Shown: positions 1 through 13,740 of the stretch, one piece after another
How the letters are laid out: every line of letters starts with the position of its first letter
How positions within the stretch are numbered: position 1 is the first letter of the stretch
Assembly: GCF_009914755.1 (NCBI RefSeq)
Contig: NC_060926.1
Length of the DNA stretch: 64,000 nt
Direction: 5' to 3' (one strand)
Source: the human T2T-CHM13v2.0 reference genome, Homo sapiens
Notes under the pieces: model-generated
Told to the model about the DNA's origin: nothing
The model's database searches: none
Seen by the model: only the letters and a program-made list of their open reading frames with translations
Program-made: the position numbers and the translations under genes

Positions 1-464
1 CAGTTTCCAGAGAAAGAGGAATGGTATCCTCTAACGGTTTCTGCAACATAAGATTTCTAAGCAAAACAAGATTGTCTCCAAGGGCTGTTATTTTCTGCCT
101 TAAATGTCCCTTCATGTGTGGATGTTCCCCAGGGCTCTGACCAGTCCCCTTTTCCTGTTTTCTCTACCTGCTTTTTCCGGTTCCTGACAACTTCATAAGA
201 GAGAGGAGAGATTTGGGCAGGAGGAGGTTACACTACAGATCCTTGGTCAGATGCACTACCTTTCCCAAGACCTAGTTCCTTCTTCTCCAGGAACTCTTTT
301 GCCCTAAAGTTTTCCTCAGGATTTGGTCTACTTTGAAGCTCTTCCTTTCTACAAAAAGCAAATGAAATATTCAAGCACTGGGTTGAGACTTTGTGTTTAG
401 ACTCAGCAGAAGGCATATTATCTGATTTACCTTCCCAGCATTCCTCTGTGATAGGTGTTGTCAT

Positions 465-575
465 CACTGCACAGATGGGAGTGAGATTTGGAGCAGTGAA
501 GTAACTCGCCAGCAGTCACCACTAGAAAATGTCAGAGAAAGAATTTGAACACGTCCTTTGATTCAAGTCAAATGT
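465..575 (+). mobile_element. MIR fragment
   Basis: Degenerate MIR core (cagatgggag...gtgaagtaactcgcc...gaatttgaac); boundaries approximate. Confidence 0.55.
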
Positions 576-599
576 TCTCTCCCATTTTAAAAAAAAATA

Positions 600-2765
600 C
601 ATATTATATGCAAATTTAGAAACATAAAAAGATATGAAGAATAAAATAATGAATATCTACTTAGCCACCTCCCAGCTAAGAGATAAAATGTTACCAGCGC
701 ACTTGAAATCCTCTGTCTCTCTTCACCAGGGGTAACTTCTATTCTGAATTTGGGGGTTATTATTCACATGTGTGCATATGTGTGTGTGTGGTCCTAAATT
801 TAAAACGTAGTATCATTCTGTGTGCTACATTCTACATTTTGGTTTTTCCACTGAGCACTTTGTCTATGAGATTCATCCAGGCTAATACTATAGCTCTATT
901 TTTTTAATTCGTTTTCACTGCTCTGTTTTTATGATTTTTTTCATCCATTCTCTTTCTGATAGGTATTTGGGTTGTTTCTAATATAGTATTTGCTACTGTA
1001 AGCAATGCTGCAATAAGCATTATTACACAGATCTCCAGGTGAATGGGTGCCTGGTTTATTTGGCTTGGAATATAGGAGTTGGTCTCAAGGTACATATACG
1101 TATCATATTGACTCAATAAGGACAAATGCTTCTTCCGTGATTGTGGTAATTTATACTCCCCCTGCAAATGTATAAGAGCTGCCTATGCTCCACATCCTTG
1201 CCCATGCTGTCAGGTTCCATAACTGTTGTCAGTCTGAGGAGTATGAAATGGTATCCCATTGTATTCTCCTGGTTACTAATGAGGTTGAATGTCTTTTCAA
1301 ATGTTTATACTGTAGGATTTCTCATCTGTGAAATACCTATTTACATCTTTTCTCCATGTTCTCTTGGCTTGCTTATGCTTTTTTAAATTGATTAATAGTG
1401 TTTTTAATATGTTATTGATACTGATTTCTTCTCTCAGTTAGGTATTATCTCTTAGTTCTGTCCTCTAAAAAGGGACATTGACAGCCTAAAAATAGTGATC
1501 ACCTCTAGTACCCAGACTGTGGTCTTAAGTACCTTTTCCTACTGAAAGTAACCAGAGCTGGTTCTAGGTCTGGGGCAGGAAATGCATAAAATGAGCCTGC
1601 AACATCCTGTCCTATCTGAAATAGCCACAACAAAATACCAAAAATTGATGTGACCATATCAATAATCAGAATGTTACTAAAGAGGATCTCATTGACCAAA
1701 GATGGGACAATGCAAGAATGATAATAATAACTGGAATGGATCAAAACACATAAAACATTTTTAAATTCATGAATATACAATGATTAACCAAAAAATGTAA
1801 AACAAAAAACTCATTGATTACCTTAGAGGTTTCCAGGGAAACAACTTATTTGAAAAATTGATAAAGAAAAAGAATTAAGTATTTATCCTGCCTTTTCTGT
1901 GGACTGTTTTTTGGGGTAATAAAAAAGTTGATGAGGAAAAATTTTTATAGAATAATCACAACTAATAAATGCAGAAGGGATGATAACATTAGAAATTACT
2001 ATTTTGCAACCTTCAAAAAACAATATATCTAGCAATGGCCATCATTGCTAAAACCACTAAAGACTAATTGGAAAATTTATAATGGACGAATCAGACTAGT
2101 AATCCATCGATCACAACTTTGACAATCAAAAAATACATATCTCCTGTTATGATATACAAGCTATGAATTATTCCTGTTCAAAAAAAAATTAAACTTCAAC
2201 CTAATGAATCTAATGGAGTCTCTAGATTTAAATACCAGTTTTCAAGAAGTACAGGTGTATGAGATAAAGGACCATGTTAACACCACAAGAATACAATCAG
2301 CTAAATATGGAATCAGGGGAATTCTATAGGGAAAATAACTTACAGACCTTCAAAAATAAATTGCATAAAAGAGAGAGGATTCAGGGAACTGCTATAAATT
2401 TAAAGAGATTTAAGAGACACAGTAACCAAATGCAATGTTTGTACCTTGCTTGTATCTTTGTCGGAACAAACCAATTGTAAAAGGATAATATCAGTACCAT
2501 TGAGGACAATTGAACAAGATATTAAGTAATGGGTTTTTCTTTGGGTAGGTTAGCAGTATTGATTTGGGTAATTTGGGGTTCTTATGTGTTACAGAGTTTA
2601 TTGTGAAACAATATGATGTCTAGGGTTTGCTTTAAAATAACAACAAAAAATGTTGGAGAGTATTTTGAAAATAGAATGTTGGTAATTTTAAGCTGGGTGG
2701 CATATACCTTCTTTCACCTCTTGTGTATGTTTGAAATTTTTCAAAATAAAAAGTTTTTTTAAAGT
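600..2765. mobile_element. Old L1M 3' fragments (minus strand ~600-1440, plus strand ~1490-2765)
   Basis: L1M-like 3' end sequence (gtttctaatat...tgctactgtaagcaatgctgcaataagcat); second piece ends aataaaaag; approximate. Confidence 0.55.
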
Positions 2766-2789
2766 AGAAATCATCACAAAATAAAATGA

Positions 2790-3865
2790 TAGAAATAACA
2801 CCAAAACTTATTTCTAATGGTCAATTAATTGCTACACAATTCGTCTCTGAAAAACAAAACAAAACAAAACAAAATAGCCCCTGACTGCTCTCCGCTGAGA
2901 GCCGACCTGACTCAGACTATTTGCTTCTCCGGTTGAACACAAACAATTTCACAGACCACCAACTACAGACCAGGTCACGATGCATCCATTATGGAATGAG
3001 ATGCCATAATCGTGTCTGAAAACACACAAGAATGCTGTCCAAACCACAAAAAATAATCTAATATCCCCCTCTCCAGGCTAAGCTGTGTAACTGCTTCACC
3101 TTTACCAATGACAGCCTCAGCCTCCTGTATAATGTTATTATTATATCCATCATAAACTTGCCCCTGCTTCCTACCAGCACCTAATCCACAGTGTTGTGGA
3201 TTGAATTGTGTCCCCTCAAAATATGTTCAAGTCCTCATGCCTAATATCTGTGAATGTTACCTAATTTGGGCCTTTACATTTATAAAGACTCAGATGTTTA
3301 AAATGAGGCCATACTGGAATTCTACAGGCCCTAATCCAATAACTAACTAGTGCCTTTGTAAGAAGAGAAAAATGTAGATATAGATACACAGAGAGAAGGC
3401 AGCCAAGTGAAGATACACAGGAGGTGGAGATCAGAGTGATGCAGTACAAGAAGCCAAGGAATCCCAAGGGTTGCCGGCAACCACTAGAAGCTACCAAGAG
3501 GCAAGAAAGAATCCTACCCCCAAGAGCCTTCAGAATGAGCATGGCTTTGTTGATACCTTTATTTCAGACTTCTAGCCTCTAGAACTGTGAGAGAATAATT
3601 TTCTGCTGCTTTAAGCCCTTCAGTTTATGGCAATTTGTTATAGTAGCTCTTAAAAACTAATAGAGCAAAACCCTTCTTCACTGACCCTTCCCCAGAATTT
3701 TCTAACATAAGCCCAAATCCTATGACAAGTCCTCCTAATATCCTTTTACCAAGAGAAACCTTGGTTCCCCACAGAGTGTGGTCTCCCTTGTTGGAACAAG
3801 TGGTAAACCCAATTGCGTCTGACTACAGGTATGTCCTGGTTATCTTTGGCCTGTAGGCATTGACC
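2790..3865 (+). mobile_element. ERVL-type solo LTR (MER74-like), interrupted by MLT1C
   Basis: 3' end gactacaggtatgtcctggttatctttggcctgtaggcattgac resembles recalled MER74/MER73-family LTR ends. Confidence 0.45.
3192..3662 (+). mobile_element. MLT1C-like MaLR solo LTR
   Basis: tgttgtggattgaattgtgtcccc...aaactaata termini; typical ctagaactgtgagagaataa. Confidence 0.8.
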
Positions 3866-6296
3866 CTGTCCTTCACTTTTGTTGAAAACAAAGAATTGGA
3901 GATCACCTGACTTGAAAAAGTATTTGTTAACCAGTCAGTCATTGCAAGCATTCCTGCGTTCATGATCAATATTTGGAACTGCTCCTTTGTTTGGCACCCT
4001 GGAGGTTTTTGCATCCTGGGGCAATGCACCACAGTAAGATCTGGTTTGGATAAGAGCAAGGCTGCCAGTATCATCTGCTGAGCCTCTACACCTGTGGCAC
4101 GCGTTCACCAAGTCACCAGCCGTGTCAGGGCTGGATTTCAAACCCCCCACTCTCCTCCTCAGCCAGGCACAAACTGCAGAGCCAGGAGTGGCAGAGAAAG
4201 AGGGTCATTTTTGAAGAGCAAACGGAAATGAAGAACCACCATGACCACAGACATGTTCTCAAAGAGAAAAATATTAGCAAAGAGTCTGTGTCACAGATCA
4301 AGATCTGGAATTTTCTTTGTTACTTCCTTTAAAACTGTTCAAAAGTATCCCTTGGGAAGTCTCCACGTATGCCAGGACTTACATGTATGCTAAGTATGAA
4401 GACCATTCCTCTACAATATGGAAGCATTCTGCAGCTTTGTTGTACAGAACACCAACTTAGTCTTTAGTCCTGTCCATGCTATCATTCCATGCATTCATTC
4501 AACTTCTCTTACCTTGTCTATATTATTACTAATTTCCAGGGACTGTTTCTTATCTCTGACTAATCCCTTTTTTTAGAGTATCTTGTTTTATTTTAGGAAT
4601 GTGTTTCCCTCCCAGATCTCTCTGAGGATTCCATTTCAATTTTGTAAAATTACTTTCTGTTCCCTAAATTATCTCCACTTTCTCCAAAGTTGCCCGTTAG
4701 TTTATTCTTCTCATTCTTTCTCTTTCTTGAATCTTCACCTATTGGTTCATAAGTATAGATGAAGGACTAATTTAATTAGTGTAAACAGCTTGTTTCCCCC
4801 AAATGCCCCTTCCTTGAATGAAAGAACTACCAAGAGCTCTGTGGAAGTATAGAATGTGTGGCCAGCAGGCTTCTTCATAGAATGTATGCACACGGAGCAG
4901 CCAGTAAGTGAGAAAGCCCACATCGAATGCCAAATAATAAGGATTTTCCTTCTAAAGTAGTACATTTCAGTGGGTTTCACTTTCTTTTATTATTTTTGAA
5001 TCTCGGCGACTGAAGTGGAAGTCTGGAACCATCTTTCTCTCCTTGTCTCTGCTTTCCTTATCTCCCAAGCCTAATATCGTCTCCCAGTATCTCCTAATAT
5101 TAATATCTCCCCAAGGCAGATCTCCCCCTTTGCTTATGAGGCAGTCCTTCATTTTAGCCTGGTGGGGATCTCAGCACTAAAATCTCAAGAGCCCTGTTTA
5201 GTCTGCTTGGGGTGAGAGGAAGGGAGAACAGAGAGAGGAAGGACCCATAAACCCAATCATTCCAAGTGTGGATCTTTGCCTCATTTCCAAATATTTCTCT
5301 AGGGCCTGTGTCTGCTTTGCTGCATGTATGTATTCATGTTGCATGAATTGCAACTTGTGTATATTGATATTGGGTTTGGAGTTTCTTAGAGACCTCATGA
5401 TGGGCATTACTCCTCTCCCTCTGTTTTGGGGCTGCAATTCTCCCTTCTCAGTTGAACAGTCTGTTTCCCTATGCTTTCCATATTCCAGCTTTTTTTTTTT
5501 CAAAACCTTCTTCCTGCTGGCTTCCCTTTCCATTATGTTTTTATCAAGCAGGTACAGGTATAAGTGTGGTCACAGAAAAGGAGAGAGATATGCACACAGA
5601 TCTATCAGCCTTTCTGTGATTTGTGGGAATCGGAGGAAGGGGGGAAGTAGTATGTGTTCAGTTGACCACCTTGAAATTTAAAACCACTAGTTCTATTACT
5701 AAAGAGATAGATATATGGTATAATGCAAGATTTATATACATGCTTAACCAATATCTCAAGTGCCCAAAAGAAATGCCACACTTTAGATGGTACATTCTTA
5801 TTTTCCTCCACCATTAGGATTCTGCTGTAGAAGAAATTAAGAATCACTACTATAATCTGCACAGCTATGCCTTCTGCTCAGTAGTCCTTGTGTGTGTCTG
5901 CCATGTAGAATACCTTCTAAAGACAATGAAAGCTTCCATTAGTAAAATTTTTCAAGTTTTTTTAAAGTTCTTAAGTTTGTATGTTCCATGTGTTAAACTA
6001 TTTGAGAATCTGTCAAGTATTTGCAGAGGTGAGTGGAGGTTATAAACAAGAAGGAAAATTGGTCAGATTGTCATTTTGTTTAAAAATAAAACAGATTCAA
6101 ATCACTTAGAGAGACTCAAAAACATATTTCCTCTTGTAGAAAAGTGTTTACTTCTGACATAGACCAGTATTCACATAAAACTATTGCTTATTTGCAGATA
6201 CCACCTCTTTTTTCTTTAATATTTCAGCTCAGAATTTAATTTTTGAAGGAGCTGAACTACACAATACAAAGTTGAACTGCTTTATTTTGATTTCAG

Positions 6297-6434
6297 ATGA
6301 TGGGGCGCTTCTTCAGTGGCTTGGCACAGTCAGGGGCCTGGTGCTGCTTTGATGAATTTAATCGAATTGACATAGAAGTTCTGTCCGTCATCGCGCAGCA
6401 ACTCATTACCATTAGGAACGCCAAAGCGGCAAAG
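6297..6434 (+). CDS. DNAH6: Dynein axonemal heavy chain coding exon A (AAA1 Walker B): [46 protein letters not shown]
   Basis: tttcag acceptor, AAG|gtaagg donor, 138 nt phase 0-0; contains the dynein AAA1 Walker B CFDEFNR. Confidence 0.95.
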
Positions 6435-8532
6435 GTAAGGCACTGGGCAATCGACTTTCAAGGTAGCAATCCTTAAATTTGTCATTAACTCACAGAATGT
6501 TACATTTTAGGAAGGAGATGCTAAAAATGTTAGGGAGGAATCCTGGGGAGCCCAAGGGGACCTTGGCTCTCCAGAGCTCACTGGACTAGAAAATCCAAGG
6601 AATATGGTGCCAGATGAAGACACTGAGTGGTCCTGTTATTTAAAATTTGTTTTAGCCCCTTATTAGCATGTCTCTAGAGAAGGGATTTCATATTCAGAAG
6701 CTGATGGCAGTGAAGGTTGGGACCAAGTCTCTACCACTCTGTGTTGACCTTTGGAGATCTGGTCACAATGGGCAGCACTGGTGTTCAGCCTCTACAAACC
6801 AAAACAGCACTGCTCCAAGCCCTGTGAGGGCCCCCACTACTCCCTTGGCCCTTTCGGAAGAGCCCCAGACGTCCTCTCGATTCAACAATAAGGGTTCATC
6901 CTGGCACAGCACGGGGGACTCTGGACTCAGCTCTAGCTCCAGAGGCAGAGGCTATCTCATTGGAAGGTGTCCTGATAAGAGTTGTTAAATATTTTGATTA
7001 TCGCCCTCTGCAAAAAAGCGAATTACAGAACAAATAAAAAGAAATCATGACTTGGACTATAGTGAGCTACTAAATTGTGTAAGTCATTATGGTATGTGCT
7101 CACACTTATTTCATCTTACACCAAATCTACGTGAAGTATATGTCATTTCCCCCAAGGTAATAGGTGAAAAGAATTCAAAGTTAAAAAAATATTTTCATAG
7201 ACACCAAAAATTATTAGACTCTAAAGTCTAAGCTCCCTTATCTGTACTCCCTCTTGTTCCCGCATACTCTGGGGAGGCCTATATTAAACACAAGATCTTT
7301 AAATACAGAGATAGCATAGTCTATATTGTGCAAGTTATTATCATCTGGCTGAGCAATTCACTGAAAGCAAAGTATATGGAGTAAGGGGACAGGGACCAGA
7401 GAGAGTAGAGGCAGGATTGAAGCTTTGCCCACTGGAGAGCAGCTACATGAGGACAGAGGAGACAGGAGAGCATCTGCAAATAACCAGCCTCGTCCTGAAG
7501 CTGCCAGTGCCCTATGAGACAGTTGGGGTGGGGTATACTGTTTAGAATAGGTAAACTAAACCACAGAAATTGAGAGGTTTGCTAGCACAAGCAACCATTC
7601 AGCAGCAGCAGAAATGGTCTCCAGTTGTACCATGCATTCTCTCCTCCAGGCTGTGGCACATCACCTTACTCCATCCTGGTCTTCCCTGTATTCCTCATGT
7701 CTGTTGATAGCATCTTCATCTAGTGCCCAACTAGAAACCTGGAACTCACCTTGGATTTGACCCATCACTATTAATCCCAGAATCTAAGCCATCACCAAGT
7801 CTTGTTAATTTTATCTGCTAGATGCCTCTCCTCCCAACTTACACCTCTTGAATTCTGGCTCTCATTATGTCCCTAATGATCATTCCTTACTGGTCTCCCT
7901 GTCTGTAGCCTGTCCAACCTCTCTGCTGCCAATTTTGATCCTATCACTCTGCTTCCCCCCAAACATGGGACAAAATCTAAATTCCTTAGTTTAGTGTGCA
8001 GGACTCCTGATGCTCAGGCCCAGCCTAGCTATGCTTTCTGGAACTTTGCCCTTTAGCAAAGTAAATTGCTCATCATTTCCGGAACATGCAGTGTTGTTTC
8101 TTGCTCCTGCTCCCTTTTCCTGGAATGGCTGCCCCTGTTCCTCCACCTGAAACATCCTTCTTCCTTCTTCAGGTCCCAAGCAGGTTGTCTACTACCCCCA
8201 TGGGCTTTGCACACACCTGCACTGTAGTATGTGTTGCACTGTGTGGTCATGGTTTCCAGGTTGATTGCAGACAGCAAGCCTGGGAGTTTCTGGAGATCTC
8301 AAGAGTGAGGCTCCTTCAGCTGTGTGCCTCCATGCCTCACCTATTGCCTCACCTGCAACAGGTGCTCAACAAGTGTTTGCTGTTAAGTAAAAGTGAAGGG
8401 GTGGTGACAAAAACAGTGACAGTGGGGCCTCAACAACTCAGACTAAGATTAAGTTGGAATTTCTTGGGGAATACCAGAAAGTGGGAGTGGAGAAGGTTTA
8501 ATGGTCAGTAAGTTTAAGATGAATTTACAATT

Positions 8533-8699
8533 AGTGGGGCGTGGTGGGGTGTGCCTGTGGTCCCAGCTACTTGGCAGGCTGAGGTGTGAGGTGGAAGGAT
8601 TGCTTGAGCCTGAGATGTCAAGGCTGCAGTGAGCTCTGATCATGCCACTTGCACCCCAACCTGGGAGATAAAGCAAGACCCTGTCTCAAAAAAAAAAAT
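8533..8699 (+). mobile_element. Alu right monomer (AluJ/FRAM-like)
   Basis: tgcctgtggtcccagctact...aggctgcagtgagct...gaccctgtctc(A)n. Confidence 0.85.
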
Positions 8700-9002
8700 A
8701 GAAAGTTGAATTGAAGAGGCTCAGTATATGTTCAGACCTAGAAGATTTCAGGACTTGGCTAGGAAGGAAGAGACAGTTTGGGCAAGTCAGGTGCAGGGAG
8801 ACAGAAATCAGGAAACACAGAGCCCAGAAGAGATTGGAAGTAGACAGGACAGAATCAGAAATGTTCCCTGTTGTCCAACAATGGTATTCAGTAGTCTTTG
8901 CTTTAGTGCTTCATTACATGAGTCTTGTATTCGAGTAATAATTAGGTGAAAAATTTTACAAGTGTCTGGAAGAGTGTTAACTTATATTTTATCTTCGAAC
9001 AG

Positions 9003-9170
9003 CTCTCTAGATTCATGTTTGAGGGGCGGGAAATAAAGTTGGTGATGACTTGTGCAGCCTTCATCACAATGAATCCTGGCTATGCAGGGAGAACTGAATT
9101 GCCAGATAATTTGAAAGCCCTGTTTAGACCATTTGCGATGATGGTTCCAAATTATGCCTTGATTGCAGAG
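9003..9170 (+). CDS. DNAH6: Exon B (AAA1 sensor I and Arg finger): [56 protein letters not shown]
   Basis: acag acceptor, GAG|gtgagc donor, 168 nt; conserved dynein [17 protein letters not shown] motif; overlaps ORF 8946..9188. Confidence 0.95.
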
Positions 9171-9740
9171 GTGAGCATCACATTATAAAGCAGCAGAAAT
9201 GTAAACTTCTTTCTTTTATTTACCATTCGATTCTATCAAGGTAGAAAGTTTCCTTTATGAATGCCCCTATTAATGGTTACACATTATTAAGTGTAGATAT
9301 GATTGTTATCACATGGAATGTTAAGTTCTGCATGTTTGTTTGTTTACTGCTATAGCCATAATACCCAAAATGGTATCTGGAATATAATAGGCCCCTAAAA
9401 CTGGAAAGAATCAATGAGTTAATTAACCAGTTCATTGGGGTTTTTCAGTTCCTCTCTAGGAATTAAAATGTCTGGATTCATTACAAAAACACAGATTATT
9501 TTTATTTCTCTTTGCACATTATTTTTTACTGGAGTCAAGGGATGCTAAGTAGAAGCCTCCTCACTATGAAGTGGTTGGAGATTGGTTTATAAGTATGTAT
9601 CAACTTAGTCAAAAAATAGTAATCATTAACAAATTATTTATAATCATGTTTGTTTTTTCTGTATCTACTTAGGCATCTTTCTATTTAAACTGGCTTTAAA
9701 TAGCCAAGAATTTAAATGCTAGCCAAAAATTGATGTATTT

Positions 9741-9948
9741 GGCCAAGCACAGTGGCTCAGGCCTGTAATCCCAGCACTTTGGGAGACCAAAGTGGGAGGA
9801 TCGCTTGAGTCCAGGAGTTAGAGACCAGCCTGGGCAATGTGGTGAAATCCCGTCCCTACCAAAAATATAAAAATTAGCCAGTCTCATAACCCAGTCTCAA
9901 AATAAATAAATAAATATTTAATTAGTTAAAAATAAAATAGTTTTTTAA
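9741..9948 (+). mobile_element. AluJ-derived element: left arm plus abbreviated atypical right arm and AT-rich tail
   Basis: Starts ggccaagcacagtggctc; flanked by degenerate TSD aaaaattgatgtatt / aagaattgatatatt. Confidence 0.8.
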
Positions 9949-9974
9949 AAAGAATTGATATATTCACATTTTGT

Positions 9975-10110
9975 ACTTTTTTACAAAAGAGAAACAGGGT
10001 CTCACTATGCTACCCAGGCTGGAACTAAATGGAGGTCAAGCAATCCTCCCACCTCAGCCTCTGAGTAGTTGGGACTACAGGTACATGACACTATATCCAG
10101 CTAAATTTTA
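9975..10110 (-). mobile_element. Alu monomer fragment (AluJ-like)
   Basis: acagggtctcactatgctacccaggctgg...cctcagcctctgagtagttgggactacagg. Confidence 0.8.
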
Positions 10111-10474
10111 TACGTATTTTTCATGGCACTTTTTATTGAGGTATAATTTATACACAATAAAGAGCACAGCTCACAGGGTGCAGCTCAGTGAATTCTTACA
10201 CATGCATTCATCTGTGTGACCACCAAGACCAAAATATAAGGCATTTTTAGGACTCCAGAAGACCCCTTGTGTGCTCCATGCTACATTTCATAACAAGGGA
10301 CACTACCCCTTTAGGATGGAATTTCTCAGAAAGCACAGATCACTCCTTTGGCTAATAAATTCCTGTGATAACAGCTAATTTTAAATATTCTTCTATGTGA
10401 AATAAAAGTAATTGCTTAAGAATAGAGTAGACTGTGCCAAATCCTATCATTAGAAAAATTACAACCTATATTAG

Positions 10475-10891
10475 GGTATTAGGTCTTTCTTGCATTGCCA
10501 TAAAGAAATACCTGAGACTGGGTAATTTATGAAGAAAAGAGGTTTAATTGGCTCATGGTTCTGCAGGCTGTACAGGAAGTGTGGTGCTAGCATCTACTCG
10601 GTTTCTAGGGTGGCCTTAAGGAGCTTTTACTCATGGTGGAAGGTGAAGTGGGAGCAGGCACTGTGCATGGTGAAAACAGAAACAAGAGAGAAAGAGTGGG
10701 TGAGGGGGTGCCTCACACTTTTAAATGACCAGATCTCAGAACTCAGTTACTATTGCAAAGCAGCACCAAGCCATGAGGGATCAAGGATCCACCCCCATGA
10801 CCCAGACACCTCCCATCAGCCCCCACCTTCAGCACTGGGAATTATAATCCAATGTGAGATTTGGGCTGGGATAAACATCCAAACTATGTCA
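10475..10891 (-). mobile_element. MST (MaLR) solo LTR
   Basis: aaagaaatacctgagactgggtaatttatgaagaaaagaggtttaattggctc signature; 5-bp TSD attag at 10470-10474 and 10892-10896. Confidence 0.88.
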
Positions 10892-11194
10892 ATTAGTATA
10901 ATGCTTACAGCAGCTCAGGGGTCCCCCATACCCACTGTGGGCATGGTGGGGTGGGGGGCAGTTAGGACAGGTAGTATCTTTACTCTTGACCCTCTCTACA
11001 AACAGGGACAATAAATGACTTGCTCATTGTCCCAACTTGGTAGGAAGAAAACCAGGTTTAGAGTCCAGTCCAACATGTTTTCCATATCTCATGCTTTGTC
11101 CTGTTGTTATAGTACTCAGTAATGGATTGGACGAATTTGAAAGTCTAGTCTTCTGAGTGCTATTCCTATTATTTTTAGAGTTTAAATGAATTAG

Positions 11195-11513
<319 letters not shown>

Positions 11514-12223
11514 TGTTAGTAAATATTTTTAATCACCTACTGTGTGCAGAGCACTGTGCTAATCAGCAGGGATAGGGCAGTAAACAAAACAGACACCAGT
11601 AAGAACTCTGCGTCATTCTAAATTCTGCATCTGAGGCCAACTGCAGTGTTTCAGGCAGATTATAAATAGAAAAAAGGGTCCGCTTCCAGCTCCACTGTCA
11701 GAGACACTAAGCATCATCTGATTAATTTAACCAAGGATGCAGAAACTTGTCAGAAGAAAGGCAGAGGAGAGGCTGACAATCTTTGCATGGCTTCCCTTGA
11801 CTCCTCGGGAAACTAAGGGAGCTGGTGGTAATCACTCTCCACTAGGGTGGTGTTCCTGTCAGATCAGAGAAGCTCAGTTCTTGCTTTTGTACTCGGGCCT
11901 AATGACACCATCCAACTTTCACGATGGGAACATTTTCAAAAGCTGGGCTCTTCTGTTCCTTGAACCAAATGTCCCCAAAGCTACATCTTCATCTACACAT
12001 GGAAAACAGAATCAGTGCCTAGGTATCCCCATACAATATTCTGCCTTCCCGTTTCCTGTGGCACAGAAAGCCTTTTTCCCTTCAATCTTTATGTTTCTTG
12101 ATTAAAAGACATAACAACTTGGAAAGTATAATGTTTAGAGTCAATTTTGACTATGTTGGTATCATGCTAATACATTGTTATCAATACAATATAATAAGCA
12201 TTGCATTATTTTTTCTATTCTAG

Positions 12224-12372
12224 GTAATTCTATATTCTGAAGGATTTGAATCCAGTAAAATATTAGCAAGAAAAATGACTCAGATGTATAAGCTTTGCAG
12301 TGAGCAGCTGTCTCAGCAGGATCACTACGACTTTGGCATGAGAGCTGTGAAGTCTGTCCTGGTCATGGCTGG
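12224..12372 (+). CDS. DNAH6: Exon C: [50 protein letters not shown]
   Basis: ttctag acceptor, GG|gtaaga donor, 149 nt phase 0-2; dynein QxHYDFGMR (AAA1 sensor II). Confidence 0.95.
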
Positions 12373-13740
12373 GTAAGAAACCAAAGTAGTCAAGAGTGAA
12401 ATCCCAAACCATGTGATCAAATGCATTAAATGGGTAACTCAGGAAAGGCTCTCAGAGAGTAACTGATTAATAAATGTTGGCTGCTGCTGTTGTCATCATT
12501 CTTACCTTGACACTCCATGACAGATTGACACAGGCTCTCTCTCTTTATCCTGTGACAGTTCTTCACTGTGAGTCCTAACATGGTTGTCCTCGACAGAAAA
12601 TGATCCCCAGCTAGGCTTAGGATAATATTCACTTCTCCTGAACTCAAATTCAAACATCGGTCTTTTGTGTACAAAAACCTTTACCACCATAAGATGGTAT
12701 GACTAGACTTAAAAGACACACAGTCTGTTATGCATATGCAACAAAGCCAGTCATACTTGTTGCCTGAGAAAGCCTCAGGAGTTTAAAGAAACTTCATAAT
12801 TCCAATTCAGTTCAGCTTATGTCTTAGATTTCACCTCTGTCTTTATAACGTGGCCCAAGCCTAAGCTTCTTTCTAGTATCTAGTAAAGAAAGAGTCTTTC
12901 CTCTTCTCAGACCCCACTTTTCTCTTTATAACTTCTTGAAACTACTGCATCTGGAATCCCCAACTTGTCCAGAGCCTCTAAGGAGACCTATTTTATCTCT
13001 AGTCCTTCCTCTCAGGCCATGACTCATTGGCTCAGGTTCTGCACATCCAGGAACCCTCTGCCTGGCTCCTGCATCACTGGGCTCTGCATGAATCTCCCTG
13101 CACTTTCCTACCCTCTGTTCTATCTTTTAACCTCTCAGATATAGTATGTCCCCTCTTTACAGGATGGCCATTTAAGGACTAGGAATACTAAGAACTTGAG
13201 ATACACTTGCACTGGAGGAGCACAACTACAGTCCAGTGGGTCGTAGAGACAGACCAATGTGTAGTCATGTAGCTGCAATGCAGGGAGGGCAGCAACAGGG
13301 CTGCACCCACCAGAGGTTCACTGAGAAGGAGGATAGAGGACAGGAGCTTTCTAGAAAAGGGAGTCACTGGGCTGGGTTTCGCAGGGGAAATAAGAGCAGG
13401 CAAAGAACAAGGCAAGATATTCTGGGCAGGGAGAAAAGAAAATCACAGCGATAGGAATCATCATGGTGTATTCAGGGAACTATAAATTCAGGTTGAATAA
13501 CATCGGGATTGGGGAGGGTGATGAGAAGATGTCCTTGTCATTCTCTCCAAGGCTGCATAGCCATTGCAGGACTTGTCAGTATGCTCTGATGGAGATGAAC
13601 GCTGAACACACGAGGGAAAATGATCTTCTCCTTCTAACAGGAATCCTCAGGGGAAGGGCTCTGCCCTCCCCACAGGTTTAGAAAATCATGTTCAACCTTA
13701 TGTTCTTGTGATATTATCCGAAATATTCCTTTAAATTTAG

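Noticed and set aside
5058-5130. Cluster of short (a/g)tctcc motifs
   Set aside because: Irregular spacing and 5-6 bp unit in pyrimidine-rich sequence; not distinguishable from low complexity
6297-6302. ATGATG as the gene's start codon
   Set aside because: Directly preceded by a splice acceptor and encodes mid-AAA1 sequence, so it is an internal exon
10529-11014. 161-aa ORF
   Set aside because: Translation of the MST LTR and MIR-derived sequence; no coding signature
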